Positions 1 through 15,750 of a stretch of 64,000 nt of DNA are shown piece by piece. This DNA comes from Octopus bimaculoides (Eukaryota). Both the position numbers and the translations under genes were made by a program. The notes beneath the pieces were generated by a model. That model saw only the letters and a program-made list of their open reading frames with translations. It was not told the origin of the DNA and did not search any database. The stretch's first letter is position 1; every line of letters begins with the position of its first letter. The stretch covers positions 29,305,998 through 29,369,997 of the forward strand of contig NC_069000.1 in assembly GCF_001194135.2 (NCBI RefSeq), in the 5' to 3' direction.

Positions 1-571
1 CACTTCTTCAGCAGCAGATTCGGTACTTTTTTTTTTTATCTGTGGGGGTTTGGGCCATTATTATACATGTAGTCAGGGAGATGTGTTCCTGTATGTAACT
101 GATGTGTATAAAGAAGTAAGGAATCTGTCATTGAACAGGTCCAAACTATGGAAGGAAGAGCAATCTGTTGTTATATGGGACTCTGTTAATGTGGGCAGCA
201 GGACTTGGTACTCCATGAAACCATGTTATGTGGGTAGCAGAGTCTGTCCTTACAGTGCATGTGAGAGGAAGAAGGCTTACTTGCTGCCTGGGACACTTGT
301 GACAAATTTACTAAGGGAGACGGATCTATATCTGCCTGTACTCCCTTTTAACTGTAGGCTGAAACAGGGTTGATGTCCTCCAAAGAATGCCTTGATGCCA
401 GGCCAGTGGTTAATGTTATAACTGTTAAATGTGGATGGGGATGGAGAGGAGGTAAATATGTCATCAAAACTTGATGGACCACAGCAAGCCATCACAGTTG
501 AGACAGATGCTACAGTCAGTTAAATGCTGCCACCAGGAGATAAATCAGTTGTTCTAGCTGCCAGTTTCCAG

Positions 572-603
<32 letters not shown>

Positions 604-1190
604 ATGTCTGTGGGTTAGATAGGGTCAGCATGGATGTCATCTCCATCAACTAACACCATTGAATCACCAGCTAAAGACTACAACATTCCAATTGTTCCCA
701 ACTTGGAAGCATGGATTTGGAATGTGAAAATATGAGGGAGGGAGGTCTGTTTTGCAAAATGAAAACTATTGCAGCAGATAGAATGAAACAATAATGTTAT
801 GTTGCAGTTTAAGAGACACTAGATATGTCTAAACTGTCCAGAGATCAATTAAAAAAAAAAAAAAACTGCACAGGAACAGAAAAAAATAGAAAAATAAACA
901 CAAGAAAGTAATGTATCAACTCCCACAGCCCTTAAAATTATAATTTTGGTTGAAAAGGAAGGCATTTGTATAGTTTCTTCTTTTCTGCTGTTGTTTCCTC
1001 TCTGTACTTACAATTCTTTAATAAAACTGAAGAAATCAAAGAAAATCGTCATATGTGAAAAAGAAAAAAGGAAACATTACATTCTTCTATCCTCCCCGTT
1101 GTGGCTAATGTTCAGAAGCAAGGTCTCTCCAAACCCCAAAATCCAGAAGTACAGTTTGACTGCTGTCTACCCACACTTTCTCTAATATAA

Positions 1191-2069
1191 NNNNNNNNNN
1201 NNNNNNNNNNNNNNNNNNNNNNNNNNNNNNNNNNNNNNNNNNNNNNNNNNNNNNNNNNNNNNNNNNNNNNNNNNNNNNNNNNNNNNNNNNNNNNNNNNNN
1301 NNNNNNNNNNNNNNNNNNNNNNNNNNNNNNNNNNNNNNNNNNNNNNNNNNNNNNNNNNNNNNNNNNNNNNNNNNNNNNNNNNNNNNNNNNNNNNNNNNNN
1401 NNNNNNNNNNNNNNNNNNNNNNNNNNNNNNNNNNNNNNNNNNNNNNNNNNNNNNNNNNNNNNNNNNNNNNNNNNNNNNNNNNNNNNNNNNNNNNNNNNNN
1501 NNNNNNNNNNNNNNNNNNNNNNNNNNNNNNNNNNNNNNNNNNNNNNNNNNNNNNNNNNNNNNNNNNNNNNNNNNNNNNNNNNNNNNNNNNNNNNNNNNNN
1601 NNNNNNNNNNNNNNNNNNNNNNNNNNNNNNNNNNNNNNNNNNNNNNNNNNNNNNNNNNNNNNNNNNNNNNNNNNNNNNNNNNNNNNNNNNNNNNNNNNNN
1701 NNNNNNNNNNNNNNNNNNNNNNNNNNNNNNNNNNNNNNNNNNNNNNNNNNNNNNNNNNNNNNNNNNNNNNNNNNNNNNNNNNNNNNNNNNNNNNNNNNNN
1801 NNNNNNNNNNNNNNNNNNNNNNNNNNNNNNNNNNNNNNNNNNNNNNNNNNNNNNNNNNNNNNNNNNNNNNNNNNNNNNNNNNNNNNNNNNNNNNNNNNNN
1901 NNNNNNNNNNNNNNNNNNNNNNNNNNNNNNNNNNNNNNNNNNNNNNNNNNNNNNNNNNNNNNNNNNNNNNNNNNNNNNNNNNNNNNNNNNNNNNNNNNNN
2001 NNNNNNNNNNNNNNNNNNNNNNNNNNNNNNNNNNNNNNNNNNNNNNNNNNNNNNNNNNNNNNNNNNNNN
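1191..2069. other. Assembly gap (largest of 8; others 2822-3185, 9654-9843, 15561-15570, 23114-23153, 35924-36005, 41991-42000, 59365-59374)
   Basis: Runs of N. Confidence 0.99.
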
Positions 2070-2159
2070 ATTGATTTCAAGAAAAAACAATGGAATGGTT
2101 GTGTAATACATAAACAACAGTTCCACAGCTCTTCAAATACACACAGACACAGATATAAT

Positions 2160-2238
<79 letters not shown>

Positions 2239-3186
2239 GCACAGATTGGCATTATATATATGTCATATAAAAACATGGATGTGTGGTTAAGAAGTTCATT
2301 TCCCACTGCGTAGCGGGTTCGGCCCCACTGCATAGAAATTTGGACATGTGTCTTCTACTATAGCTCCACGCAAACCAAAGCATTTTAAGTGCAGCTGATA
2401 GACAGAAACTGAAAGAAGCTTGCCACATATATACACACATGCACAAGCTATGACCCATGCAAGTATGGGAAAGTGGATGTGAAAATGATATTGTGTGCAT
2501 GAGTGTATGCATGTGTATGGGTTTGTCTCCCTTGACCATCACTGTTGCAAATGAGTGTCACCATGCAAGCGTTATTCATTTTCAATCTTTTGTGAAATCA
2601 TGTCTGGCTGTGAAGCAATATTAGTTTGCTTGGAAACAGATGAGGGTTAGTGACAGGAAGGACACCCGACCATAGATAATCTCCTTCAACAAATTCCATC
2701 TACTCTAACTCACCATACAAGTATGGGAAAGTGGGCATTAAAAGGATGGTAAGAATAACATATACATATTGCATACATAATATAAATGTACAATGCATGT
2801 ATGTATGTATGTGTGTATATANNNNNNNNNNNNNNNNNNNNNNNNNNNNNNNNNNNNNNNNNNNNNNNNNNNNNNNNNNNNNNNNNNNNNNNNNNNNNNN
2901 NNNNNNNNNNNNNNNNNNNNNNNNNNNNNNNNNNNNNNNNNNNNNNNNNNNNNNNNNNNNNNNNNNNNNNNNNNNNNNNNNNNNNNNNNNNNNNNNNNNN
3001 NNNNNNNNNNNNNNNNNNNNNNNNNNNNNNNNNNNNNNNNNNNNNNNNNNNNNNNNNNNNNNNNNNNNNNNNNNNNNNNNNNNNNNNNNNNNNNNNNNNN
3101 NNNNNNNNNNNNNNNNNNNNNNNNNNNNNNNNNNNNNNNNNNNNNNNNNNNNNNNNNNNNNNNNNNNNNNNNNNNNNNNNNNNNNC

Positions 3187-3221
<35 letters not shown>

Positions 3222-6200
3222 AGTTAAATGAATGAATGTATAATTCATGTTAGAGAGACATGAGTTGGTAGTTTATCTGGTAGTGAAGATAGATGGAGCA
3301 TGTATATGTTTATACAAACACAGATTGTTAACAAAATAGCAAATCTGTGTATAATACGTTAACCATACACATACTATACTTGAATGTATTGAGTGTAAAT
3401 GGATGTCAGTCAGCTTAGCATGTGTTCCCTTAACTTATCCTCAGGCAACAATCAAAAGCATACCTTTGACAGTGTGTGATAAAGACAAACCTTTGAATTA
3501 AATATAATCTAACGAGCTTCCTCACAGTTTCTGTCTACCCAATGTTACTCACAAAGCTTGGGTTGACCCAAGGCTATGTAGTTAAAGACACCCAAGCCGT
3601 CAAGTACTGGGATCAAATGCAGGAGTTTTTCACTGCAAACCAATCTTCATAACTGTACTGCATCTATACTTGTTCTCTGAATGTATATCTATATTTATCT
3701 TTGTACACACATACATACTTCTGATGTATAGAGATGATGAAATGTTTCTGCAACACAGACATTTGGAGAGATACTCAATTGGATTTAGGCTATAAAAATA
3801 TAGTTTATCTCTAGTAATGTGACAGAGTGGCTTATTTCAAAAGGGTGACATAGAAGTTTATCTCTTTAGCTAACAGACAACAGGAAGATGCAGTGAGTTG
3901 TTTGGAGAAGGGCTGATGCAACAAGCTTCAGGGCAAGAGCATTTGTAAAAATACTAATCAATCAAATATCTAACAATAGATATGAAATGGAGGTATGATG
4001 ATGATAAGGATATCCCAAAGCCAGTATTGACAATGTCAGAGATGGAGAGATAGAAGAATGAGTGAATGTTAGAGGTTTTCTCATAATAATAGCTCCTATA
4101 TGTATATATATATATAACCATATAATAGACAATGATATAGAAATATGTCAAATTCAGTCAGCTTTCTGTATGTACCGTCATCCTACATTTAAAAAAAATA
4201 TTATACATTTACAGAACTTTAGGTAGACACTTAAACACACATGCATGCACACAGACACACACAAATAGTTAGAACAATAAATTGAGATCTTATAGCTGGC
4301 TGAACTAGTTGGTAGCCTATCATTCTCCTACAACATCAAGTGTGTACAATTGTATGTATGTGTGTAAAATACACACACATACACAGTATAAAGAAAACAG
4401 AAACTAGAAAAATTATTTGAATACTTTAGTTAATGATAATATAGTCTTGAACCTCTATGCAGACCTGTTAGAAACAGCAGCCAAATCTTTGTGAAAGAAT
4501 CACATTGCACAGTCCAAAAAAGTGAAAATGGCATATTTGATAATGTATCACTAGATGCACAAAAGTTAGGATGGTCACATCTGGAATGCCTTTAATCATA
4601 GATTTAACCTGGGGGCTATTTTCTCATAGTGTGTTTTCTCAATGGCAGTTCATAAAGAACATTCAGTACATTGACTTCATTGGTCTTGGATGGACAGCAA
4701 TGGCTTTGGGTATAACCCTTTCATCCAGACCATACTAATAAAAAAAAATAAAAAACATAAAAACTAAAACACAAAATCAAAAATCCATTATTTGTTTCAA
4801 ACTTAGTAAAGGTCACAGGAGTGGCAGAGTTATTACTGGACAATATCCTTCCTGAGTTTTAGAGACACACAGGGCCAGTTTCTTAGATTTTGTGGCATAT
4901 ATATTGACTCGCTGGATGGGATGCCAGTCTGTCGCAGGATTACTCATTTTTGTGCCAGCTGAGTGGACTAGAGCTATAAGAAATAAAGTATTTTGCTCAA
5001 GAACATAACACATCATCTGGTCCAGAAATTGAAACCACAATCTTATGATCATGAGTCCAAACTTGGTCAATCATTTAAAGAATCAAAAACAAGAAAGCAG
5101 TAAGGCATACAGATCTTATTTTGTGAATAATGGTCATCATAAAAGATTTCGTTCATAAAGGCAAAACAGATGCAACAACATAGCCCAACTCCAACCACTA
5201 AAAGACCAACTCCTAAATGTCAGAATGTACATCATGCTTTAACAGAAATACAAACTACTTCATATGTCTATTAGAATAGAGCTGACTACATACAATATCT
5301 GCTTGACTGAGGCTAACCTGGCAAGTTAGTAGTTACACAACAACACACAGATACATGAAATAACTGAAGGTGCTGCCTTTTAGTATGGTGACTAAAGAAA
5401 TTTCTATTCCTTTGTTTGTGAACCTGCTGCAGCAATATGGAAAAAAATGTAACAGATAAAAGGTGCCAAACAACACACACATATAATATATACAATCACA
5501 CATACATATACACATCTATCTATCTGTTTGATTAAGAAATTTGCTTTCCAAAAACATAGTTTCACATTCAGTCCCACTGCATGACACCTTGGGCAAATGT
5601 CTTCTACCAAAGCCTTGCTAATGGATTTGATGAGTGGAAATTGAAAGAAACCCATTGTATACATATGCATATGTGCGTATGTTTGTGTTTCCTTGACATA
5701 ACATGGGAGTTACAAATGATTGTCACTATCATACAAGCAGTGGCATCCATTTACAGTGTTCTGAATAAGCATGTCTGGCCATGGGGAAATATTACCTTGC
5801 TTGAAACAGGTGAAAGTTGGTAACAGGAAAAGCATTTGACTACAGAAAATCTGTTTCAGTAAACTCCATCTGATCCATGCAAGCATGGAAAAGTGGATGT
5901 TAAAATGATGATGATGATGATGATCAAATGTGCTGAGTGCTGCTTCCTTTCATTTGTTCACTCAATGAATGTGTGTGTGCGTGTGAACATAAAATTTTCT
6001 CATTTGTAAAGCTAAACCTTTCAGGCAACCCCTGAATTATATAATTATTGTCTACAAACCACTCACACTTTGGAGCTGGGGATGGATGAATACGGTTATG
6101 TTGTGTGTGTGGAGAAGAGCTTTGAGAGCCAACAATCAGTTAGGTTTGTATCTGTAGCACTGTAGGCACCAACCCATCATGTCTATGTGTGTGTATGAAA

Positions 6201-6639
6201 GGAAGAGTATGCAAAATAATATATGCTCTGCTAGGGACATCATCCAAAGATTATATCAAAACACAAATGATAAGATATGTTAATATTCAGTCCCTTGGGT
6301 ATGAGAGTTCCCTCATATTTTGGTACCAATAATAACTTGGTTGACACACAGAAGTATTCAACTTTGTCTTCATATGAGAGTAAGATGTCGAAAAGGCAAC
6401 ATTACAAGCAAACAAATATATAAAAATGCAGTTGAACAATAATATGTTACAGTGGAACTGATCCACATACCATAGTAGTCACCTATTTGTAAAGGAGACT
6501 GTATGAACTAAGTCACAGACTATAGGGATCATCTTTTTGTAATGGCTGTATATGAACTGAGCTACAGATCATGAAGCCACTTTTAGTAATATTCTCCTAT
6601 TGGATGAAGAACTCCACACTGCTCTAAACTAAGAAGAAA

Positions 6640-6870
6640 ACATTAACAATAATCATTGATATATCCAATGGGAGCTCTGCCAAAGGATGTACTCCATGAA
6701 GTACTCTGCAATGTGTATTGACGTGACTAAATGTTTCTACCAGCACAAACTTCGCACAATCATGAGGATTTGATGGAATGACTATAATGAAGAAGGTCTG
6801 CTCAGGGCCAGACTGTCTAACACAAAAGCTACCATGGCACGTCCCCACCTCCACTGGTTGAGATACATCA
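6640..6870 (+). mobile_element. Old RTE-like LINE fragment (post-RT region)
   Basis: Plus-frame FYQHKLRTIMRI*WNDYNEEGLLRARLSNTKATMARPHLHWLRYI resembles the RTE F-Q--LR-I--I-W-D---NEE-L-RA motif. Confidence 0.55.
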
Positions 6871-8528
6871 TATGTATATATGCCTATATATACTATGGTG
6901 ATGGTTCAGTGGCCATAGCATACCCACATGGTATGATAGTGTGACGTTGTGGTATGATGATACAGGGGCAAAGACTTGATTACATAGCATTGTTATGGTG
7001 ACATAGTATGCTGGATAGAGTGATGTGGTGCATGAGTATGTTTGTGTCTATAGTCTCAAACAAACAATATTTAGGCAAGCTTTTCAATATTGTCATATAA
7101 ACTGAACATCGTTACGAAGTATTTAGGAAGATGGAAAAAGATGACAGGACCTTAAACAAGAAGTTCAGCAAGTGGAGAGAGAGAGACAGAGAGATGTTTG
7201 TGGAGTAACTCTTCATCATGTAGAAAAGAGAAGAATTTGAAAAGATTTCAGAAGGACAGAATTTTGGGGCAGAACTTTCTAGAATAGCTTCTCAATCAGA
7301 TTTTAAAATATTAAATGTGGTGGTGCTTGGTGGCCATAGGTCAAAGTTACTTAAACCAAACAACTGTCTACTTGAACTAAACAGTTACAGTCAAAATCAT
7401 TTGAACTAAAGAGCCATGTGGTGGACAGTGGTCAACATTACAGCTGTGCATAGAAAGTGTTTGTCTATACACTGTGTCTAACATAAAAATGTGTGTGTGT
7501 GTATGCCTGTAAGTTTAAATATGTAGATTGATATAACAAAGTGTATTACATAGAAACAAGCAGATATTGAAGGAGAGAATTCATGTTCTGGATGTTGATG
7601 TTGGAGCAAGTATACCTTTCCAAACTGCATCAACAATTTAGTTTATAGGGGCCCCTTTTGGAGTAGTAAAGGCTTTTATTCTCCAAATTAAAACTGAAGT
7701 TGCTCCAATGCTGTGCTCCTAGGGGATAAAGGAGAATGAGGATACTCCAACATTAATATCATTGTGAACAACATAGTAGTTGTGGTGAGATAAAAAAAAA
7801 AACAACAACCTTTTGTTTACAACTGAAAAGATTTACAAACTGCTGAAGCAAAAATGATAAAAATGTAGAGAGAGGGTATTGTCAATTTAGTGAACATTGT
7901 ATCTGACAAGTACCTTATTTTATTTTATCAGACTGAAAATGTTATACATAATAACCTCTGTAGGATTTGCACTCAGAACATAATGAAATTCCACAAAATA
8001 CTTTGTCTGCTACACTTATGGAATCTACCAATCCATGGCCCTATATAATAATAGCTGTTTCTAATTTAGGTACAAGGCCAGCAATTTTGATGGGAAGGGG
8101 TTAGTCAATTACATCAGCCCCAGTGCTAGACTGGTACTTTATTGACCTGGAGGGATGAACAACAAAGTTAACCTTGAATAATAACAACAATAATAACTGT
8201 TACTGAATTAGGCAAAATGCTAGCAATATTTGAGAAGTGGGGTGATGCTGGTTGATTACATTGATGCCAGTACTTGACTGGTACTTTATTTTATTGACCT
8301 TGGAGAGGTGTAAAGTCGACCTTGGCAGGATTTGAATACAGAATGTAAAGGAATGTAACTAAATATCACAAGGTATTTTGTCCTCTGCTTTACCAAATTC
8401 TGCCATCAACCACCTTAATAAAAATAATGCCCATGTTAATAAAGAAAATGACAATCTCTTACAAAAGCACAATGAAGCCTCAGATCTATAGGCCAGAATA
8501 AAAGGGGAAATTGTAATACTTATGTTGT

Positions 8529-8532
<4 letters not shown>

Positions 8533-8599
<67 letters not shown>
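8533..8599. repeat. (GA)n microsatellite; representative of abundant (GA)n, (TA)n, (GT)n, (AAT)n, (GAT)n and (TAC)n tracts
   Basis: Directly visible; several N-gaps (2822-3185, 9654-9843, 35924-36005) sit inside such tracts. Confidence 0.97.
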
Positions 8600-8603
<4 letters not shown>

Positions 8604-9843
8604 TGGGTGAAGATGAAACTCCAAAAAGGGAAGATTGAGGGGCTAAACAAGAAAAGAAATTGTATATGTTTGCAAGATGAAATGGTAAGGGAGAAAAGAA
8701 GAAAAAATATAAATATAAGCAAAATTATATTTTAAAAATATTAAATCAATCCCTCTCCACCCTCACATACAATAAAAAAAGGTTAGTTTTTAATTTATGG
8801 ATGTGAGGAAAATAGATAGAAGCAGAGCATGGCAGTCTAAGATCAGATGTGACTTGTGATCAGCTTATGGCTTGATGTGGTGGCCTGCAGTCAGCTGTGG
8901 CAAGATGTGATGCTCTCTTGTCAGTCAACCAATCAGATTGTTTAGTGAAGAAACAAAATGTTTGGGAACTATGCCAAAGCAACTTCCCTCTGAATTACAA
9001 GAATCCACCAAACTGATAAGAAACAACTATCTTTCAGCTAAATTTTCCCATGAGAAGACAGAAGAACTGATTCTGGTACAACAATCTAACAAATCACTTG
9101 TTAATTCTAGAATGGTGTTTCTGCTACTGACAGCAGTGAACTACACCACACTGTGGTACCTAATTACAGCTAAATATCAGTCAGTACAGTGAATTATAAC
9201 ACACTACAAATGCCTATTTACCTCTCAGTTGATGGAGTTGTTTCAGGCATGCAAACAATAGAGCACAGTCAGTTATACTGGGTATCTATTTAAACTTGGT
9301 AGACTGGGCTGTAGACAGTTAAGTGTCTAGGCTAGGTATACTATTGTACTGTGGTACTTACAGCTTGGAACACTAGGTTGTTGATAGTTAAGTGGACACA
9401 GTACAGTGAATTATATTACATTGTGATGCCTTCTTAGAACTTGGTAAACAGTGTTGTTGAGAGTTACATGTTTTGGCTACAAACACATGACTATGCCACT
9501 GATAAGCTACAAACAGCATTCTTTTTGAACCATCGAAGGTAGAAAATACAGACAAGTACACATAAATAAATTCAGCTACATATGAAAAGACAAAAAAAGT
9601 CATTTTTCTTGTTTTAGTTTGCCTCTATTGAGAGAGAGAGAGAGAGAGAGAGANNNNNNNNNNNNNNNNNNNNNNNNNNNNNNNNNNNNNNNNNNNNNNN
9701 NNNNNNNNNNNNNNNNNNNNNNNNNNNNNNNNNNNNNNNNNNNNNNNNNNNNNNNNNNNNNNNNNNNNNNNNNNNNNNNNNNNNNNNNNNNNNNNNNNNN
9801 NNNNNNNNNNNNNNNNNNNNNNNNNNNNNNNNNNNNNNNNNNN

Positions 9844-9888
<45 letters not shown>

Positions 9889-10838
9889 ACCTACAAAATT
9901 TATGCTGTCAAAGAATTGATATTTTCTTTTTGATTTACAACCATTTTCCATGGACTATGGGTTAGATGGTTTGCTTTGTATTAGAGTGAATACTGTTACA
10001 GTTTAGAAGATGTCCCATCTAGCCATTAACCACTTAATTGTGAAGTAGGAACTAGAGTCATACTTCCTTTTTGTTCAGTTAAGGCAAACTGAAACAAACA
10101 GTGTTATGTTTTGCTCAAAAATATGATATAATGATTGTGCTGTGGTAAAATTTGAACTTATAATTATGGGGGTAGTAGTCCAGGACTTTAAACTTGGTCA
10201 CTGGGCCCCAGTGTTAATTATCTTATTAATGACTTATTTGTTTTCATTAGGCACAAGGCTGAAGTTTACACTATAGAGTAGTTATCTGAATAACCTAACT
10301 GTATGACACTCCTTGGCAGGATTTGCAATCAGAATGTTGAAGGAGACAAAAATAAAATAATGTAAGATATCTACATGAGGTTGATAAGTCAAGGACTGTG
10401 ACTGATTTCTTCTCTTTCTGATTGGGCAACATAAAGGGGGGACCAAGAAAGCAGTATTCACATTATAGACCTGCCAATCTTTTCACTACCTCTACATGGA
10501 CAAGACAAAAAAATAAAGTGTGACAGTCTATTGTTTTCATTAATTCCATCTTAATTATGACTATAAATAATTATAGTAGTTGTTATATGATTTAGCTATA
10601 AATCTTAATGCAACTACGGCTAGTAGTATTAAAAGATCAACAAGTTGTTCCATATTCTGGATTGTTCTTGCCAAAATTCTGATGCTCAAATCCAAAGGGG
10701 CTTTTGATGTCAGAAAAATTTAGCAGGGAGAGAAGGCAGAAGCAGGAGACCAAAAGTTAAAAGAATGAAAGCTGCCGTAAGACAGGAATTACCTTCAACA
10801 ACACAACACTGTATATGACACACACACAGATACACACA

Positions 10839-10897
<59 letters not shown>

Positions 10898-13881
10898 TCT
10901 AAACAGATACACACGTGTGTGTAGAGAGGAAGCAGAGTTTTAGTGAAAAGGCTGCCAAAGCTGATAAAAATCAACAAAAATTGTTTGGAATTTTATGAAA
11001 TATAATCAAATTCGCTAAAACTTTCAGATGCTTGAGGTACAACAATACACCATTAGCAATAATGTTTGAAACAGATAAAGTCCAGTAAGGAATAGTCAGA
11101 GGTATGGGGAGAGGAGTGCAGTATGCCAGCTACCCTGATACATAGAGGCATGACAACTAACTGTTGCCACCACCATTGTCATCATCATAATTTATACTTG
11201 TTATTCCACCATGGCAAAGGTTGCACAAGATTACACTGCTGCATCTATTGACACAACCCCATTGAACCATTTTATGTCCTAGCTGATGCACTTCCTACCC
11301 TTACAGCTTTCTGTTTATATGTCATTCCATATTTCCTATGACATGCATGCACACTGCACACAAACAAAGCAAATGTATATAGCAGGTATGTAAATGTGTG
11401 TGTGGACAGATAAATATTTACCTCAGAAGAAAATATGTGACAAACAAGATAAGCTAAAAGGAAATATGAGCATCTACAACCATTACATACATCTTCATAA
11501 GTTACACACCTTATATGAATATAAAAGTCTTTGTGCGACAGTTAAGTTACCCTCCATTTAGTTGAAAGAAGCTTGTAAGTCACACATACACACACACACA
11601 CACATAACTATACGTATATGTGTGTGTGTGTGCATGTATATGGGAAGGACATAGAGGACAAGTGGGAAGGACCAACTGAAAAAAAAAAATGAGTGAGGTA
11701 GGATGGGAGTAGAGTAGATAAAAATTTGTGCCCAACCCCACCTCTTCTTCCTGGTGTTAGAGGGTGTGGTGGGAATGAGAGAGCGCAACAGTTTCCAGCA
11801 GTGAAGAATAATATCAGACTAGTAACAGAAAGAGTAGAATAGGAGAAGCATTGATATTTGTATGATGGGGTAGCAAAGGACATCAAAGGAAGTGATGGAA
11901 GAGGAGTCAAAGCGAGGGGACTTTTATTATGGATGAGGTAAGGCATGGAAGAAGAAAAAGTGTTGTGTATGCATGTAGATGAAAGTAGATTAACTAAATT
12001 GTAAAAGGAGATACGAACTTGCACAAACACATACAACCATGTGTGTGTGTGTATATATATATGTATGTATGTATGTAAAGAAAAAAAGAGGAAACAGACG
12101 GAAAGTGGTTAGAGGGAGACCAAAGAATTGACATATCAAAAAAAAAAAGAAATCTTCTGAGTAGATTTTTCATAAATGGATCCAAATCTTAAAGAAGATT
12201 ATTTAGTTTTGTCTGGTAGGCATGCATGGATGAGGTGTGTTTGTGTGTGTGTGTGTGAGATGGATATCATCATCATCATCATCATCATTTGTCTGTGCCT
12301 GAATCACCACATTAGCATATGTTGAATGGGTCTGGAAAACAGCACTGTACCTCATCCCTCAGTTTGTATGCTGTATAGGTGTGTATAAATACATATTGCA
12401 CATTTCTATATGTAAAATAGACATATGCTCATAGACATATAGAAAAGACAAAGAATGAGAGGGTGTGGGGAGAGTGTAAGCTGAGATTCAATCTGGCCCG
12501 TATCCTAATTTGTACTCTGGTACATCTGCTATTTTCGCCACTAGCTTTCCACTATATTTTTCAAAAAGTTTATAACAAAATATAACTAACCTATATAGAA
12601 GAGAGCATATATGACTTTGGGTATTTATTTCAAATGGTAGAAGAAGTACTCAATACATGAAGATAAGAGTGTATTTCTTTATTCAAAGCTGACTATTCAC
12701 TCCATTATTACTCAGGAATAGCGACTGAGTTAATAATTAGCTTTGAATGAAGATGTATATATATTCATATATCTTACTAATTTATAAATATATGTGCTAA
12801 TCAATGTGCATTTTAAATACCAATGATACAGTGTACATATAAATCTAAATACATATACACAGACAGTTCAGTGAGCTGGTGGAGAAGTATGTGTGTGTGT
12901 GTGTGTGTGTGTGAGCGTGTGTGTGTATTTGTGTACACATGTGTACACACACATACACATTATATATATATATATGTGTGTGCGTATGCGCATACATGTT
13001 TGAGTGAATATAAATTTACAAATGAGGAAGAGAAGAAAGAATAGTAAAAAGACAAAGGAAATATAAATGATGAGTTCAAATGCAGCAGAAAATTTGGTTT
13101 GGAGACGAGTATAATACATACAACATATTGTACATGTTATACCTTCATAATCTCTCTCTCTCATATGGATTAAGGAACCATACTACACATACACAAACAT
13201 AGACATATGTACACATATATATATGTATGTAGATACACATACATATAGTCAGTTTCATAAAAAAATTTCCTAATATTCAATATAACAATTTCGTTTTAAA
13301 TTATTTAAAAAACAAGACCCAAATACCACACATTAGGGTAGCAAACTCCGTTTTCTGCTACTTCACACCTTCCAAGGGAAGGGGACATAGAGTGTGTGAG
13401 AAGTTTCCTAATACATATATAGAAACCAAAATAGCAACAAGCCTTTAAGCTTTGACCTTGCATAGTCCAACACTAATGACAGACTTTGGCAGTTTGAATA
13501 AAAAACAGTTTTATTGTGAAGTTACTGGACACATTGACAGTGGATATATTGACAGCTTATGTGGTTAACTGTCTCAAAATGTAAATGTGTGTGTGTGAGT
13601 GTGTATGAGTGTGAGTGTGTGTATATATACACATTCAGACAAGCTAGATTGCATACATAATTGTCCACATACAAGAAAAAGAAAAAAGAAAAAAAAAAAG
13701 ACATACATAGAGTTATAGCTTTGGGTGGATTACATAAGAGAACATTATCATCACACCCTAAAGCTGTAGCAGTTTGTACTGTATTACACCACATCATTCA
13801 GTATTGTAGGCAAAGGTCTACTCAACAGAGCAACAACTACGAACCACACCCACAACAACCATCCCTTATACATACATACAA

Positions 13882-13920
<39 letters not shown>

Positions 13921-14664
13921 CTATACACAAACACATGCACACACCCATATATCGTCCTGGTAGGTCATGTGTAAGTAGTACCAACCTACAGTTTACAAAC
14001 ACCACCACCACCATCCTACCACATTACTGTCATTGTATGTTGCATCAATATGTCAAATTATCATCTTCATCTTTAACATCATTGTGGAGACAGACAGAGA
14101 GGTCACAAATGTTGATCTCTCGGGTCAAAGTTCATGAATAAAGAAATTAGAAAAAAAAAAAAATTTTTTCTTTCCTCAATGTAACTTTCTTTTTCGTTTG
14201 TTTTTATCTGTGTATCAGTCTGTTTCTACAAAGTTTTTTGCTTTTTTTTTTTTCACAGGGAAAACTTTGATCATTATACCCTTGGTTGGACTGATAACAA
14301 CAACAACAACAATAACAACAACAATAGGAAGGAAGAAGAGGATGAGCTGGAGAAGAGAGGAGGACAGAGAAGTGAAGTGGAGGAACAAGTTATGAAAATG
14401 TATGTTGTTTTTCTTGGAGGGGTGGAGAAGGGAGATCGGGATAGAGATCCAACGAGGTTAATTTCAAATACTTTGTTCTGTTTCCATGACAACAGTAAAC
14501 CACATATGTATATATAATATATATATAATGTGTGAGTATGTATATACATACAAGTCTACATATACATATATATATGTATATATTTGTGTATGTAACAAAG
14601 CCATTTAGTGAAGAGGAGTGGTATGCAGAGGGAAGGGTGTGTGTCCCTCACCCCACTCCACGCT

Positions 14665-15750
<1,086 letters not shown>

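Noticed and set aside
50-495. ORFs 50..373 and 277..495 as a neighbouring gene or RT remnant
   Set aside because: No recognisable domain; at most a very decayed LINE fragment that I cannot support with motifs.
1112-3248. Long ORFs in the track spanning N-gaps
   Set aside because: They are open only because N translates as X; the flanks are microsatellites.
5313-9603. Short ORFs in 5-10 kb as exons of a second gene
   Set aside because: No coherent protein motif or phase-consistent exon chain; several overlap SINEs or microsatellites.
14541-14548. Pumilio-type UGUAUAUA element in the putative 3' UTR
   Set aside because: Embedded in (TA)n/(TG)n microsatellite sequence that generates the motif trivially.
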